Below are positions 9,891 to 19,931 of a stretch of 64,000 nucleotides of DNA, piece by piece (position 1 is the first letter of the stretch; every line of letters starts with the position of its first letter). This DNA comes from a virus. Its lineage: Duplodnaviria > Caudoviricetes. The stretch is taken from the IMG/VR virus record IMGVR_UViG_3300003937_000325; one strand, written 5' to 3'. Under the pieces are notes generated by a model. That model worked only from the letters and a program-made list of their open reading frames with translations. It was not told the DNA's origin and did no database searches. A program made the translations under genes and the position numbers.

Positions 9891-10040
9891 ATGAGTAAAA
9901 TAAAAAACATAAAAATTTCACCTGAGTCACATAAGACTTTAAAACTATACTGCGAAAAACACGGTTTAAAGATTTATAAATTCTTAGAAAAGTTAATTGA
10001 GGATAATTGTAAAGAAGTTAGAGATATCTACGGAGAGTAA
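9891..10040 (+). CDS. Ribbon-helix-helix (Arc/CopG-like) DNA-binding protein, 49 aa (not in ORF track)
   Basis: Manual translation MSKIKNIKISPESHKTLKLYCEKHGLKIYKFLEKLIEDNCKEVRDIYGE: alternating beta strand KNIKIS, helix A, G-turn, helix B. Confidence 0.7.
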   Translation: MSKIKNIKISPESHKTLKLYCEKHGLKIYKFLEKLIEDNCKEVRDIYGE

Positions 10041-11081
10041 TTATAGAAGTCTAGCTTTAGATTTTAATACTGACTGTTTGGTTATATCTATTTTAACTAC
10101 ATCAATCTTAATCTCATCATTAGTTGATACCTTTATTGTTGCGATATCATCACCAATATAGTTATCATTAATATAAACGGAATAACTATCTACATTAGAC
10201 GTTTCTAATATTGTTAAATCAATTTCATATCTGTAAGTTTCAGTTAAAGATTCTAAACCACTAACAAAAATAATGTCTAAATCAAAATCACTTGGATTCG
10301 AAGGTAATTTCTCAACTCTCTTACCAGTATTAAGTAAATCAACCTCAAATATAGTTGCGGTTCTAGATATTGCAGGAGACACCTCAAACTCTTCTTCATC
10401 TAATAAGAATCCCATCATTAAGAATTCGTAGTTTTGTACGTAGTATTTTCTTTTCTCAAGTTCTAAAACGGATTCGTCAGATGAACTGTTTAATATCATT
10501 GGTATATAGTGACCCTTTATTTCTGTATACGCTTGTCTAGATGAAAATTTCTGTAATACCTTTTTATTAAAGTCATTTAACTCTCTCATTCTATTACAGA
10601 ATATTTTTACATTGTAAGTAATATCTACAGGAACGGGTTGAGGTATTTTATATATGTCCATTCCTTTTCTTTGTCCGTCCCACGTTGGTACTTTAGCGTA
10701 ATAGAATTGTCTTCTATTTGGTATTGTATATTGTAATGATGGATTTGTCCCAAACTTAACATCGGGGTTTCTAACCGTGGCAACAAAAGGGGGTTTAATA
10801 TTTTTATCTAAATCCTGAAAATTCCAAGTCTCAGTAAACTGAGCCCAATTTTGTGTGGTTATAATTAAATCTATATTTTTTATATTCTTCCCGTTTACTG
10901 AAATACCTAATTCGTCTCTAACAAAATCTAACATACCCCTATCTAAATCTGCATGTAAAATGGATTTTGGTAAATAGGTACCATCTTCTTGAATTTGTTC
11001 AAGTAGTTCCTCTCTTCTCTGATGTAAAATTTTATCAGGAGTTAAAGGTAAATATTTTTTTACATTTTTAGGTAGTCCCAT
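10041..11081 (-). CDS. Tail terminator / sheath stabiliser (T4 gp15-like)
   Basis: PVPVDITYNVKIFCNRMRELN resembles the gp15 'PVPYNxxFxL' region; adjacent to sheath and neck genes. Confidence 0.6.
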   Translation of the reverse strand: MGLPKNVKKYLPLTPDKILHQRREELLEQIQEDGTYLPKSILHADLDRGMLDFVRDELGISVNGKNIKNIDLIITTQNWAQFTETWNFQDLDKNIKPPFVATVRNPDVKFGTNPSLQYTIPNRRQFYYAKVPTWDGQRKGMDIYKIPQPVPVDITYNVKIFCNRMRELNDFNKKVLQKFSSRQAYTEIKGHYIPMILNSSSDESVLELEKRKYYVQNYEFLMMGFLLDEEEFEVSPAISRTATIFEVDLLNTGKRVEKLPSNPSDFDLDIIFVSGLESLTETYRYEIDLTILETSNVDSYSVYINDNYIGDDIATIKVSTNDEIKIDVVKIDITKQSVLKSKARLL

Positions 11082-11641
11082 TATTTTACAGTTTCACTTA
11101 TAAAAAATACTTTATTCTTAGAGTTAATCATTTCAACCTCGTTAGCATTGTAAATTGGTTCCTCACCATCTTTTCTAACGAATGAGTCATACTTATACGG
11201 ATTATACGTTATCACATTCTCATTTGGCTCATCAGGTAAGTTTTCACACGGAAACGTACAAAAATCCATTAAAGTTCCAATCACAAAGGCATGTACATTT
11301 TTTCTCATTTCATCTCTTACTTTTTCTTTACCTCCTTGTCGTACTCTAAATTCAACATCTTTTAATTTAACATAATCGGCATACATTACAATTTTATTTT
11401 TATATGATACTGAAAATGTGTGTTTATGTAAGTTATAGTATACCATAACTTTTTTACCTATATAATTAACTTCTTGATTATCGTTACCACATTTATGACA
11501 GATATACGGGTCGTGGCCACCGTCACTTAAATCCCAAGACCACCCACAATCATCACACACAACTTTTTCACCTTCAATACCTTCACACATATGTGACATA
11601 CGGGTTTTAATAAAATTTATTTCTTTTAGTAATTTTTTCAT
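11081..11641 (-). CDS. Hypothetical protein with CxxC...CxxC zinc ribbon and a conserved phage domain (VMVYYNLHKHTFSV)
   Basis: CDDC...CHKC; translationally coupled to both neighbours. Confidence 0.6.
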   Translation of the reverse strand: MKKLLKEINFIKTRMSHMCEGIEGEKVVCDDCGWSWDLSDGGHDPYICHKCGNDNQEVNYIGKKVMVYYNLHKHTFSVSYKNKIVMYADYVKLKDVEFRVRQGGKEKVRDEMRKNVHAFVIGTLMDFCTFPCENLPDEPNENVITYNPYKYDSFVRKDGEEPIYNANEVEMINSKNKVFFISETVK

Positions 11642-12153
11642 ATTCCTCTAAATTCCCCGTCATTAACAGGTGCCGCAATTATACTTCGGTAAAATGGTTT
11701 ATACCCACCATAAGTATGTTTATTGTCGCTAACAACACGACCATCATTAACAACAGAGTAATACCTTACTCGGTCCTCAGTTTCATAATAACCTAAATAA
11801 TCGCCATAATCGATGTCAATATTTAACTCGTCTAACGCGTCTTGGTAAACACCAACCTTTAAGTTACCTGGTTCTAATTGTGATAAATTAGCATTAGAAT
11901 AATTTTGATTTTCAGGTGTCTCGATAGTTACGTATCCTTTAAATTCAACAGGAGGTAAAAACTGTATTCCGTCCTCTAAAGATTCTCCATACACATCATC
12001 GGTTTTAGTTTTTTGTCTATCGACCTTATATAGAACAACGGTGAAATGCATATCACCTTCAAGCCATTCACGACCCATATTTTGTTCTAATCCAAAATCC
12101 TCGGAACCGAAAAACTTTTCTAAACGCGTTATTGGTATCTTTCTATTACTCAT
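11638..12153 (-). CDS. Neck / head-closure protein (T4 gp14-like)
   Basis: DDVYGES motif and beta-rich fold pattern; position in the neck/tail-completion cluster. Confidence 0.55.
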   Translation of the reverse strand: MSNRKIPITRLEKFFGSEDFGLEQNMGREWLEGDMHFTVVLYKVDRQKTKTDDVYGESLEDGIQFLPPVEFKGYVTIETPENQNYSNANLSQLEPGNLKVGVYQDALDELNIDIDYGDYLGYYETEDRVRYYSVVNDGRVVSDNKHTYGGYKPFYRSIIAAPVNDGEFRGI

Positions 12154-12199
12154 ATATTGATAAATAGTTAGTTTATAGTTATATTATAAATATTAGATT

Positions 12200-13963
12200 A
12201 TGGAAAGTAATAAAGATAAATTATCTAAGATACCTGAAGTTAGGGCGCAACGTACATTAGAAGTATACGATGGGTTCAATAATTATATACAATCTATTCA
12301 AAAAAAATTTAAAGAACAAAAACATTTTAAATTAACAAGGGCTCAAGCCGACTACATCAATAGTTATCATGAGTTAGTCCCTAAAATAGCCAGAAAGTGG
12401 GTGGACTTAGATAGTTACTTCGGTAAGAAGATGATGGAAGATAAACTTCTTACAAAAGTACCTGAAAAAGTTTACATTGAAAAACTTTTGGTCGAAAAAG
12501 ATAAATCTTTTCACATATGGGGTAAAATATTTGAAAATGAAAAATTACATTCATTTTGGTTACCTCGTGTTGCACTAATAAAATCACAGGAAATTGAAAA
12601 GGTTCAAATAGATTATACTAAATACTCTCATAGACCTCCGTTAGAACATCAAATAGAATCTATTGAAAAATTAGCGAGTCATAAGAAATATATCTTAGCT
12701 GATGATATGGGGTTAGGTAAGACTACCTCAACCGTCATTGCTGCTTTAGAGTCGGGAGCCGAAAGAGTATTAATTGTTTGTCCAGCATCTTTAAAAATTA
12801 ATTGGAAACGTGAAATTCAAAATTATACCGAAAAAAGCATATCAATAGTCGAAGGTAAGAAATGGGAAAGTGCCGATTTTGTTATTATTAACTATGACAT
12901 ATTAAAGAATTTTCATGATATAAAAAACAAAGAAGAATCAATAATATTGCAAGAAGGGTTTGATTTAGTTGTTGTCGATGAGGCACATTACATTCAAAAT
13001 GTTCAAGCAAAAAGAACTAAATTAATTAACGACATAATAAATTCAATAGGTAAGGTATGGTTACTAACGGGTACTCCAATGACATCAAGACCAATTAATT
13101 ATTATAATTTATTAAATTTAGTAGAATCACCTGTGGCTTATAATTGGATGGCGTACGTAATTAGGTACTGCGAAGGTTATCAATTTAATGTGGGTAATCG
13201 TAAAGTGTGGAACGTAAATGGGGCGTCTAACTTATTAGAGTTAAGAGATAGAACCAAAACGCATGTTCTTAGAAGATTAAAACAGGATATTTTAGATTTA
13301 CCTGATAAGATTATCACTCCCGTTTATTTAAATTTAAAATCTAAAGAGTATATGGCACTTATGGGTGAATACTACGATTGGATGGAGGATGATAGGGAGA
13401 AAAAATCATTAACCGTACAATTTTCTATGTTAATGAAAGTCAGACAAATAATTGCCGAAAATAAAATAAAAGAAACTTGTGAGTTAGTTGAAAACATTAT
13501 TGAACAAGGAAAGAAAGTAATTGTCTTTACCAACTTTACTGACACACTAAATAGAATTGCGGACCACTTTGGTAAAAAGGCAGTTAAATTAGACGGTAAG
13601 ATGAGTAAAGTTGCTCGTCAAAACTCTGTAGACCAATTTCAAGAAAATGATAAAATAAAAGTTTTTGTTGGTAACTTAAAAGCTGCAGGTGTTGGTATAA
13701 CTCTTACCGCAGCAGAGGCAGTAGTTATGAATGATTTATCATTTGTTCCTTCTGACCATTCACAAGCCGAAGACAGAGCGTATAGATACGGACAAAAATC
13801 TAATGTTTCTGTATTCTACCCAATTTTTGAAAACTCAATAGAAGGTATCATATATGATATTTTATCTAATAAGAAAAATATTTTTGAAACGGTTATGGGT
13901 GATAATGAGGAGAGAGGGGACATAATGGAACAAATTATTAATGAAATATCAGTTAGAAGATAA
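12200..13963 (+). CDS. SNF2-family (SMARCAL1/HARP-like) helicase/ATPase
   Basis: ADDMGLGKT Walker A, VVDEAH, LLTGTP, AAGVGITLT and QAEDRAYRYGQ motifs. Confidence 0.92.
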   Translation: MESNKDKLSKIPEVRAQRTLEVYDGFNNYIQSIQKKFKEQKHFKLTRAQADYINSYHELVPKIARKWVDLDSYFGKKMMEDKLLTKVPEKVYIEKLLVEKDKSFHIWGKIFENEKLHSFWLPRVALIKSQEIEKVQIDYTKYSHRPPLEHQIESIEKLASHKKYILADDMGLGKTTSTVIAALESGAERVLIVCPASLKINWKREIQNYTEKSISIVEGKKWESADFVIINYDILKNFHDIKNKEESIILQEGFDLVVVDEAHYIQNVQAKRTKLINDIINSIGKVWLLTGTPMTSRPINYYNLLNLVESPVAYNWMAYVIRYCEGYQFNVGNRKVWNVNGASNLLELRDRTKTHVLRRLKQDILDLPDKIITPVYLNLKSKEYMALMGEYYDWMEDDREKKSLTVQFSMLMKVRQIIAENKIKETCELVENIIEQGKKVIVFTNFTDTLNRIADHFGKKAVKLDGKMSKVARQNSVDQFQENDKIKVFVGNLKAAGVGITLTAAEAVVMNDLSFVPSDHSQAEDRAYRYGQKSNVSVFYPIFENSIEGIIYDILSNKKNIFETVMGDNEERGDIMEQIINEISVRR

Positions 13964-14001
13964 AAAATTATAATTAACCATTATTTATAATAAAAAAATA
14001 A

Positions 14002-15564
14002 ATGAAGTTCAAAAGATTAATAAATAAAATCTCAACGATTGAACATAAAATTAATAGCCGAGAAAAGTTAACAGAAGTTAACGTTAATATCTCGCACACT
14101 CCCAAACAAATTTTAACAGAAATGAAAAAAATTGGTATAGAAACATTACCGTACTCTTATTCTGCCTTAGAGAGATTTATAGATTCAGAAACTATGGATA
14201 CTCACTATAACAAACATTATAAAGGATACGTTAAGAAATTAAATAATGCATTGTCGAGTAGAGTTGACGGTAACATTGAATTAGAACAATTAATAAGAGG
14301 TATTTCACGATACAATAAAACAATTAGAGACAATGCGGGCGGAGCATTTAACCACGCACTTTTTTGGAAAATAATGTCACCCAAAAAACAAAGAGCTCAA
14401 GGTGAAATTTATGACAAAATAATTAAGGATTTTGGTAATTTTCCTAAATTCAAAAAAATATTTAGTAATGAGGCAATAAAAAACTTTGGTTCAGGATGGA
14501 CTTGGTTAGTCTTAACTAAGAATGGTAAATTAAAAATAATGTCCACCCCAAATCAAGACAACCCATTAATGAATGTGGTTAAAAATGGTGGATACCCATT
14601 ATTGTGTTTAGATACATGGGAACATGCTTATTACTTGAAATACCGTAATAAGAGAGATGAATATGTTAGAAATTTTTGGACAATAATCAATTGGGATTAT
14701 GTTAATGAATTATATTTAAATCAAACATCAAAAAAACTAACTGAAACGAAGATAGTTAAAAGTATTATTTCTGAAGGTGCGAGTGCAGGATGTAATAGAA
14801 ATCAAGTACAGACGTACCGCAGATTATTTAATACTAATCCTGAGATAAAAAAACGTTTTATGTATACGATAATGGATATACTAAAAGAAGTATTTTCAGA
14901 ATATTGGTATGAAAAAAACAAATACTCTAAAGGTCAAATGTCAGGGATTTATGATTATGAACAAAAAGGTCGCTCAGTGATTAATAAGTTAAATACCAAC
15001 TACACAGCTTTTTGTACATTAGTGAGTGACACAAATAAATATTTAAGAAAATATGGTATTGATGCAATTAATTTTAATGATAAAAATCACAAACAACAAC
15101 TAACTGAAGTTGATAGACTTAACAAATATTTGATAGAATTAAGGTACTCTATTTTTAACGCAGATTCACCAACGTTTAAAACTCTAATGTCTGGTTTAGA
15201 TAAAACAAATAAGTTTGGAGATAAAAGAGAGGTTGACGCTGTTGTAAGTTTAAAAAAAATATTTAACACTTCTGATGTCAAAAAAGTTGGGGAACTAGGT
15301 GACGTAGATGATATGATTAAAGGTATAGACGCAGTCGTCACATTACCTGAAGGTACTAAAACAATACAAATTAAACCATTTAATCGTATTAATAAAAAAG
15401 ACGGTAAAGTTATTGTTTACGGTACAGGAAACGTTAAACCCTATAAAACGGATTATTTAGTTTTTCATAGTGATAAGTTAGGAACTGAAGTTTTTGAGAA
15501 TAAAAATACTAAAATAGTTAACGGAAGATACGTTTTTAACGAGTCATCACAATATATTAATTAA
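14002..15564 (+). CDS. sod: Fe/Mn superoxide dismutase (Mn/cambialistic signature) fused to a C-terminal PD-(D/E)xK-like domain
   Basis: LPYSYSALE, HYNKHYKGY, NAGGAFNHALFW, NQDNP and LDTWEHAYY retain all four metal ligands; the extra ~280 aa end in DDMIKGIDAVV...TIQIKPF. Confidence 0.85.
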   Translation: MKFKRLINKISTIEHKINSREKLTEVNVNISHTPKQILTEMKKIGIETLPYSYSALERFIDSETMDTHYNKHYKGYVKKLNNALSSRVDGNIELEQLIRGISRYNKTIRDNAGGAFNHALFWKIMSPKKQRAQGEIYDKIIKDFGNFPKFKKIFSNEAIKNFGSGWTWLVLTKNGKLKIMSTPNQDNPLMNVVKNGGYPLLCLDTWEHAYYLKYRNKRDEYVRNFWTIINWDYVNELYLNQTSKKLTETKIVKSIISEGASAGCNRNQVQTYRRLFNTNPEIKKRFMYTIMDILKEVFSEYWYEKNKYSKGQMSGIYDYEQKGRSVINKLNTNYTAFCTLVSDTNKYLRKYGIDAINFNDKNHKQQLTEVDRLNKYLIELRYSIFNADSPTFKTLMSGLDKTNKFGDKREVDAVVSLKKIFNTSDVKKVGELGDVDDMIKGIDAVVTLPEGTKTIQIKPFNRINKKDGKVIVYGTGNVKPYKTDYLVFHSDKLGTEVFENKNTKIVNGRYVFNESSQYIN

Positions 15565-15605
15565 AGAAATGTAGTTTTCTGAATATTTATTAAGAAAACA
15601 CACAT

Positions 15606-16718
15606 ATGTCAGTAATAGTTGAACCACAAAGAACAAAACTTTATACCCGTGTAAAACACCTATTAGGTGCACCAATACGTAGTATTGAAATAGAAGATGA
15701 AATGATGGACTCTTTATTAGAGTTATCTATTCAGGATTACGCTCAATATGTGAATGATTGGTTAATAGAGTCTCAATGGACATCACTTTACGGTATGAAC
15801 TTAGATGAACAATCTGTCACAAGAGCATTCACTACTCGTTCATTAGACTGGGAAACTCAATACACCTATTCTTATTCTAAAATAGTTGGACTTCAAGCCG
15901 GTGGAGACTCAGTACTCAAAAAAGATTATATCGACTTAAAAACAAACCAACAAATTTATGAAATACCAGCAGGTAGAGAATTAAATGAATTATTATGGTT
16001 TTCAAGAGCAGAATTAGACGCAGCCTTTTTCGACCCATTTATGGGTGGATTTGGAGGTATGGGTGGTGTAGGTTTAGGTGGTGGTGCCGGATTTTCACAA
16101 ATGGGACAAACAGGTAATTACATGATAACACCCGCTTTTGACATTTTACTTAGAATGCAAGACATAAATTTAAAACGAAGACTTATTGGTGGTGAATTAA
16201 CGTATAGAGTAACTGCGTTACCTGAAGGAAAAAAAGCCGTACATCTTTATAATGTCCCTGGAGGTAAATTTGATTTTGGTACAATAGAAAATAACGAATA
16301 TAGAGTATGGTATTGGTATTACGAAACTAATGATAGGGAAGATTGTTTAGCTAAAAACCCTGATGTAGTGAGACTACCTTCTGATATTCCAATTGATGAA
16401 ATGTTATGGGCAGAACTAAATAATCCAGCACAAGCTTGGGTTAGAAAGTGGTTTGTTGCTTATGTTAAAGAAACTTTAGGACGTGTAAGAGGTAAATTTA
16501 GTGGTAATTTAAAAACTCCAGATTCTGAAGTAACAATGGATTACGATTCTTTACTCACTGAAGCTAAAGACGAAAAGAGTAAATTAATGGAAGAATTAAT
16601 GAATCGATTAGAAAGGTTAAGACCTGATAAGATGATGGAAAGAGAAGCTAATTTAGCTGAAAATTTAAATAAATCATTACAATACAGAGCGTTACCGAGA
16701 CAAATGTACGTAATTTAA
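15606..16718 (+). CDS. Neck / head-tail adaptor protein (T4 gp13-like)
   Basis: LGAPIRSIEIEDEM N-terminus and WVRKWFVAYVKETLGRVRGKFSG...MDYDSLL C-terminus are typical of gp13-like proteins. Confidence 0.75.
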   Translation: MSVIVEPQRTKLYTRVKHLLGAPIRSIEIEDEMMDSLLELSIQDYAQYVNDWLIESQWTSLYGMNLDEQSVTRAFTTRSLDWETQYTYSYSKIVGLQAGGDSVLKKDYIDLKTNQQIYEIPAGRELNELLWFSRAELDAAFFDPFMGGFGGMGGVGLGGGAGFSQMGQTGNYMITPAFDILLRMQDINLKRRLIGGELTYRVTALPEGKKAVHLYNVPGGKFDFGTIENNEYRVWYWYYETNDREDCLAKNPDVVRLPSDIPIDEMLWAELNNPAQAWVRKWFVAYVKETLGRVRGKFSGNLKTPDSEVTMDYDSLLTEAKDEKSKLMEELMNRLERLRPDKMMEREANLAENLNKSLQYRALPRQMYVI

Positions 16719-16720
16719 CT

Positions 16721-17059
16721 ATGGGAATTATAAAAACACGACCGATTAAAAAAATTATTAATGGTAAAGAAACTATTTTTTCTGAAACTATTATGGTAAT
16801 TAATATGCCTTTTTATAAGACAAATGGTGAGAGCGCTATTGTGGTTAAAAATAGTAATTCAGAATGTGTCATTTTATTAGATGAAACCACCACAGAACAT
16901 ATTACCGTAAAATCTATGTCAGACTCTATAGTAAAAACAGACAAACTAATCGATGAACAATATGAAGAAATTAGACTCGAAAAGTTTGCCTCTGTTGAAC
17001 TAAGATATATAAATAACTACTGGTACGTTATGTCTTCTGATGGTCTAAAGAATTCATAA
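16721..17059 (+). CDS. Hypothetical beta-rich protein
   Basis: ORF coupled to the neck gene; its 3' end overlaps the polymerase 3' end by 32 nt. Confidence 0.55.
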   Translation: MGIIKTRPIKKIINGKETIFSETIMVINMPFYKTNGESAIVVKNSNSECVILLDETTTEHITVKSMSDSIVKTDKLIDEQYEEIRLEKFASVELRYINNYWYVMSSDGLKNS

Positions 17060-19859
17060 TATTCATATTTTTATTAACGTATTCCATATCCACTAATTTA
17101 GTTGTATTCTCAAGATACATGTAATATGGGTTTATGTTAACGTCATCCCAAAACCTAATTTCGGGGTCAGATAATGTTAATACTTCATCTAAATTATCCT
17201 GACTACCTTCTTTCATGGGGAATCCTCTAACCAACTTAGTTTGTGATTTAGTAAAAAACGGTCTATCATCTGGATTATCCACTAATATTTCACTACGAAT
17301 TTCAGGAGAAAACACTACCAACAAAGGTTCAATACGTTTATTAAATGCTGCCATATAACGAGGAATATTGTATTCACCTAATTTGTCAGGTGTTTCACTA
17401 ATATATTTATCATCAATTAAATAACAATTCAATACGATTTCTGTAGAATCTGGAGGCATTGGCTTACCATTATTTATTGCATATTCTCTCTTTTCTGCCG
17501 CAGTTGCATTCCACTTATTCTTTTTTTGAACATCACCGTGAGATTTTCGTTCACCATTATTGACATAATAGATAGTATCACCTAATCCCACATTTAAGTT
17601 ATGTTTTATAGCTAATTCCATATGTGCCTGTCGAGACATTAAAGACCCTGATTTGGTTCGTTTTTTTACGTGTAATTTATAATCACTTATACTTTGTTTA
17701 ACACGAGATTTATTGGCGATTTTAGAAATCGGTATCTCCAAGTTATAAATTTTATTTACATACTCATAATAAAAGTCTAAAAACTCATGACCTTTACCGT
17801 CCAATAATAGACGTAACCCTTGGTCCAAAAACTCTGCGACATACGTTTGAAGCTTTTTAGATTTAATACTATTACCTGTTAATTTAACCTTACCTGTATC
17901 AGTGAGTAGTGCGTAGTTTTTACGTGCAACATTTATAGTAGACGGCCATACACCGTCAGTATCTAACCCCATTTCACCTCTCATGAAAATATCATTATAC
18001 TCCGCTACGTCCGCCTCAGTACCAATATACTCTTTACCTTCTTCAACCAACCCGTTTAATCCTTTACCGATATATGTGTGTTTTTCACGTTCAGGTGGAG
18101 ATGAAAAGTTTACACCATCCGTATCCATCACTAATGGTTTGTAACCTCTCTTCATAAACCACATTATCATTTGTCTAAGATATTGTCTACCCGTACAGGT
18201 AATTTGTTCTCCCATATCCATATCACCCCACGGAAATACGTGTGGAGCGGATAATGACCCGAAAAATGCGTTAATGAATATTTTAATTGGTAATTGTTTA
18301 CGATTATACTTTTTAGATTGTTCTGGGTCTGAAACGTATAAATCTGAAGCCAATTTTTTATAAGTGATACGAGTATCTCTAAAATACTTTAACATACTCT
18401 TCATGGCTCCCGTTACATCACATTTAGGGAAGATATCATGAACTAACTGTATCGATGGGTATAGTGATGAGTAATCGAGTTTTAAAACGTCTGTAGAGTA
18501 CCCTACTGCCATCAATCTTGACAATCCACCTGTAAATGGTCGTTTTTCACCTTTCTTAGGAATTGCTAAGTTATGTTTATATGACCAAGCGGCCATAATC
18601 ATTTTCCATAATGTTGCGGTACCCATTGTTGATAGCCTCTCATATGTGGTAGGTACTAATTTAGATAGAAGGAAGTTTGCTTGATTAAACTCCTCGTCTA
18701 CAACCATAGTCTCCCATATATCATCATAGAGATACCTTTCAATAATGTAGTTCCCATTTACCTTTTCATAGTGTCCTGGAAATCTTTCCATTAGGTTTTC
18801 AGTACCTATTGAACCAACTTCTTTGTAACCACCTGTCTTTGGGTTGAAATAATAATCTTTGTTGTCAAAATAAATTTTACCAATTTTATCTCCTTCAACA
18901 TAAACACGGTTTTCTTTTTCCGCCCCAATAAATTGAGTTATGTATTTAAGACCCCAACTTTTAATGTCTGAGTTAATTGCTTGTGTTCTTCTAACTGCAT
19001 GTGCGATATCAATGATATTGTAACCCCACATCATTGTTTGAGTGTATGGTTCCATTTCATTCGCTAACTTCAACATACCCTCCTTCTGTCTTAACTTTTG
19101 TTTGGGATTTAATGTTTTAGATATTTTTTTGACATCTAACCCTAATATTTCCGCTCTACGAAGAATAAAAGGAAAATCGAAAAAGGCTGAGTTATAACCA
19201 CCAATCAAGGTCGGTTTTATACTTGCGATTGTATCAAAAAATTCAATAATAACTTTACGTTCCTCTTCATCGTTTTCACAAGCGATAACCTTTTCGAAAC
19301 CTTTATTATCTTTCATCCCTATAAGGAATATTTTACTATCCTCAGGAGATAGTCCTGTAGTCTCAATATCAAATACAAAACGATGTACCTCATCGTATTC
19401 ATCGAAACCTTTAAAAAGTCTTTTATTTTTTTGTATTAAATATTGTTCGGCAGGTGCTAGAATCATTATGTAGTCTGAATTACCACGACCCCATGGGTCT
19501 AATCCACCACCTTTAAAAAAGTTTACTAAATTACTATATGATTTAGTTGTCTTAACTAAATACTTTAAACCCTGTTCCATTCGGGTATCATTATGAGTAT
19601 CTAATGTCTCAATAATTATTCCATGTGTAGACATAGCTTGTTTTTGAGCTGCCTTAGAACCGCCATAAAAGTTGAGTCCTTGTAGGTTACCTACCCATGC
19701 AAATGGAATAAATGTGTCTGATTTTATTGATTTACCCTGTATTGGGTCTTGAATTACTTTGAATATTTTTCCTGACGCGTAATCATATTCTAACGCTACA
19801 ATATATTTTTCAGGGTCCTCTCCATTGAGGAACGTTTCAATTTGTTCTTGTGATACCAT
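17028..19859 (-). CDS. polB: Family B DNA polymerase (T4 gp43-like)
   Basis: Exo I FDIETTG, Exo II YNSAFFDF, region II LDYSSLYPS, region III KIFINAFFG, region I MDTDG. Confidence 0.95.
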   Translation of the reverse strand: MVSQEQIETFLNGEDPEKYIVALEYDYASGKIFKVIQDPIQGKSIKSDTFIPFAWVGNLQGLNFYGGSKAAQKQAMSTHGIIIETLDTHNDTRMEQGLKYLVKTTKSYSNLVNFFKGGGLDPWGRGNSDYIMILAPAEQYLIQKNKRLFKGFDEYDEVHRFVFDIETTGLSPEDSKIFLIGMKDNKGFEKVIACENDEEERKVIIEFFDTIASIKPTLIGGYNSAFFDFPFILRRAEILGLDVKKISKTLNPKQKLRQKEGMLKLANEMEPYTQTMMWGYNIIDIAHAVRRTQAINSDIKSWGLKYITQFIGAEKENRVYVEGDKIGKIYFDNKDYYFNPKTGGYKEVGSIGTENLMERFPGHYEKVNGNYIIERYLYDDIWETMVVDEEFNQANFLLSKLVPTTYERLSTMGTATLWKMIMAAWSYKHNLAIPKKGEKRPFTGGLSRLMAVGYSTDVLKLDYSSLYPSIQLVHDIFPKCDVTGAMKSMLKYFRDTRITYKKLASDLYVSDPEQSKKYNRKQLPIKIFINAFFGSLSAPHVFPWGDMDMGEQITCTGRQYLRQMIMWFMKRGYKPLVMDTDGVNFSSPPEREKHTYIGKGLNGLVEEGKEYIGTEADVAEYNDIFMRGEMGLDTDGVWPSTINVARKNYALLTDTGKVKLTGNSIKSKKLQTYVAEFLDQGLRLLLDGKGHEFLDFYYEYVNKIYNLEIPISKIANKSRVKQSISDYKLHVKKRTKSGSLMSRQAHMELAIKHNLNVGLGDTIYYVNNGERKSHGDVQKKNKWNATAAEKREYAINNGKPMPPDSTEIVLNCYLIDDKYISETPDKLGEYNIPRYMAAFNKRIEPLLVVFSPEIRSEILVDNPDDRPFFTKSQTKLVRGFPMKEGSQDNLDEVLTLSDPEIRFWDDVNINPYYMYLENTTKLVDMEYVNKNMNIMNSLDHQKT

Positions 19860-19890
19860 ATTATTTGTTTTTTCGTTTGAGACATTTTAC

Positions 19891-19909
19891 TCACATCGTA
19901 TTGATGTGA
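19891..19909 (-). promoter_or_regulatory. Perfect 7-bp hairpin in the polymerase 5' leader (candidate translational operator)
   Basis: Minus-strand RNA UCACAUC-AAUAC-GAUGUGA lies between the promoter and the ATG. Confidence 0.45.
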
Positions 19910-19931
19910 TTACTCTTTAACACTTAAACAA

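Noticed and set aside
17028-17059. 32-nt convergent overlap between polymerase and the small neck-linked gene
   Set aside because: Short 3' overlaps are common in compact phage genomes; nothing further supports a regulatory role
17028-19859. Intein or intron in DNA polymerase (also checked terminase, helicase and MCP)
   Set aside because: Catalytic motifs are in normal order, with no C/S...HN splice motifs or LAGLIDADG/HNH blocks seen
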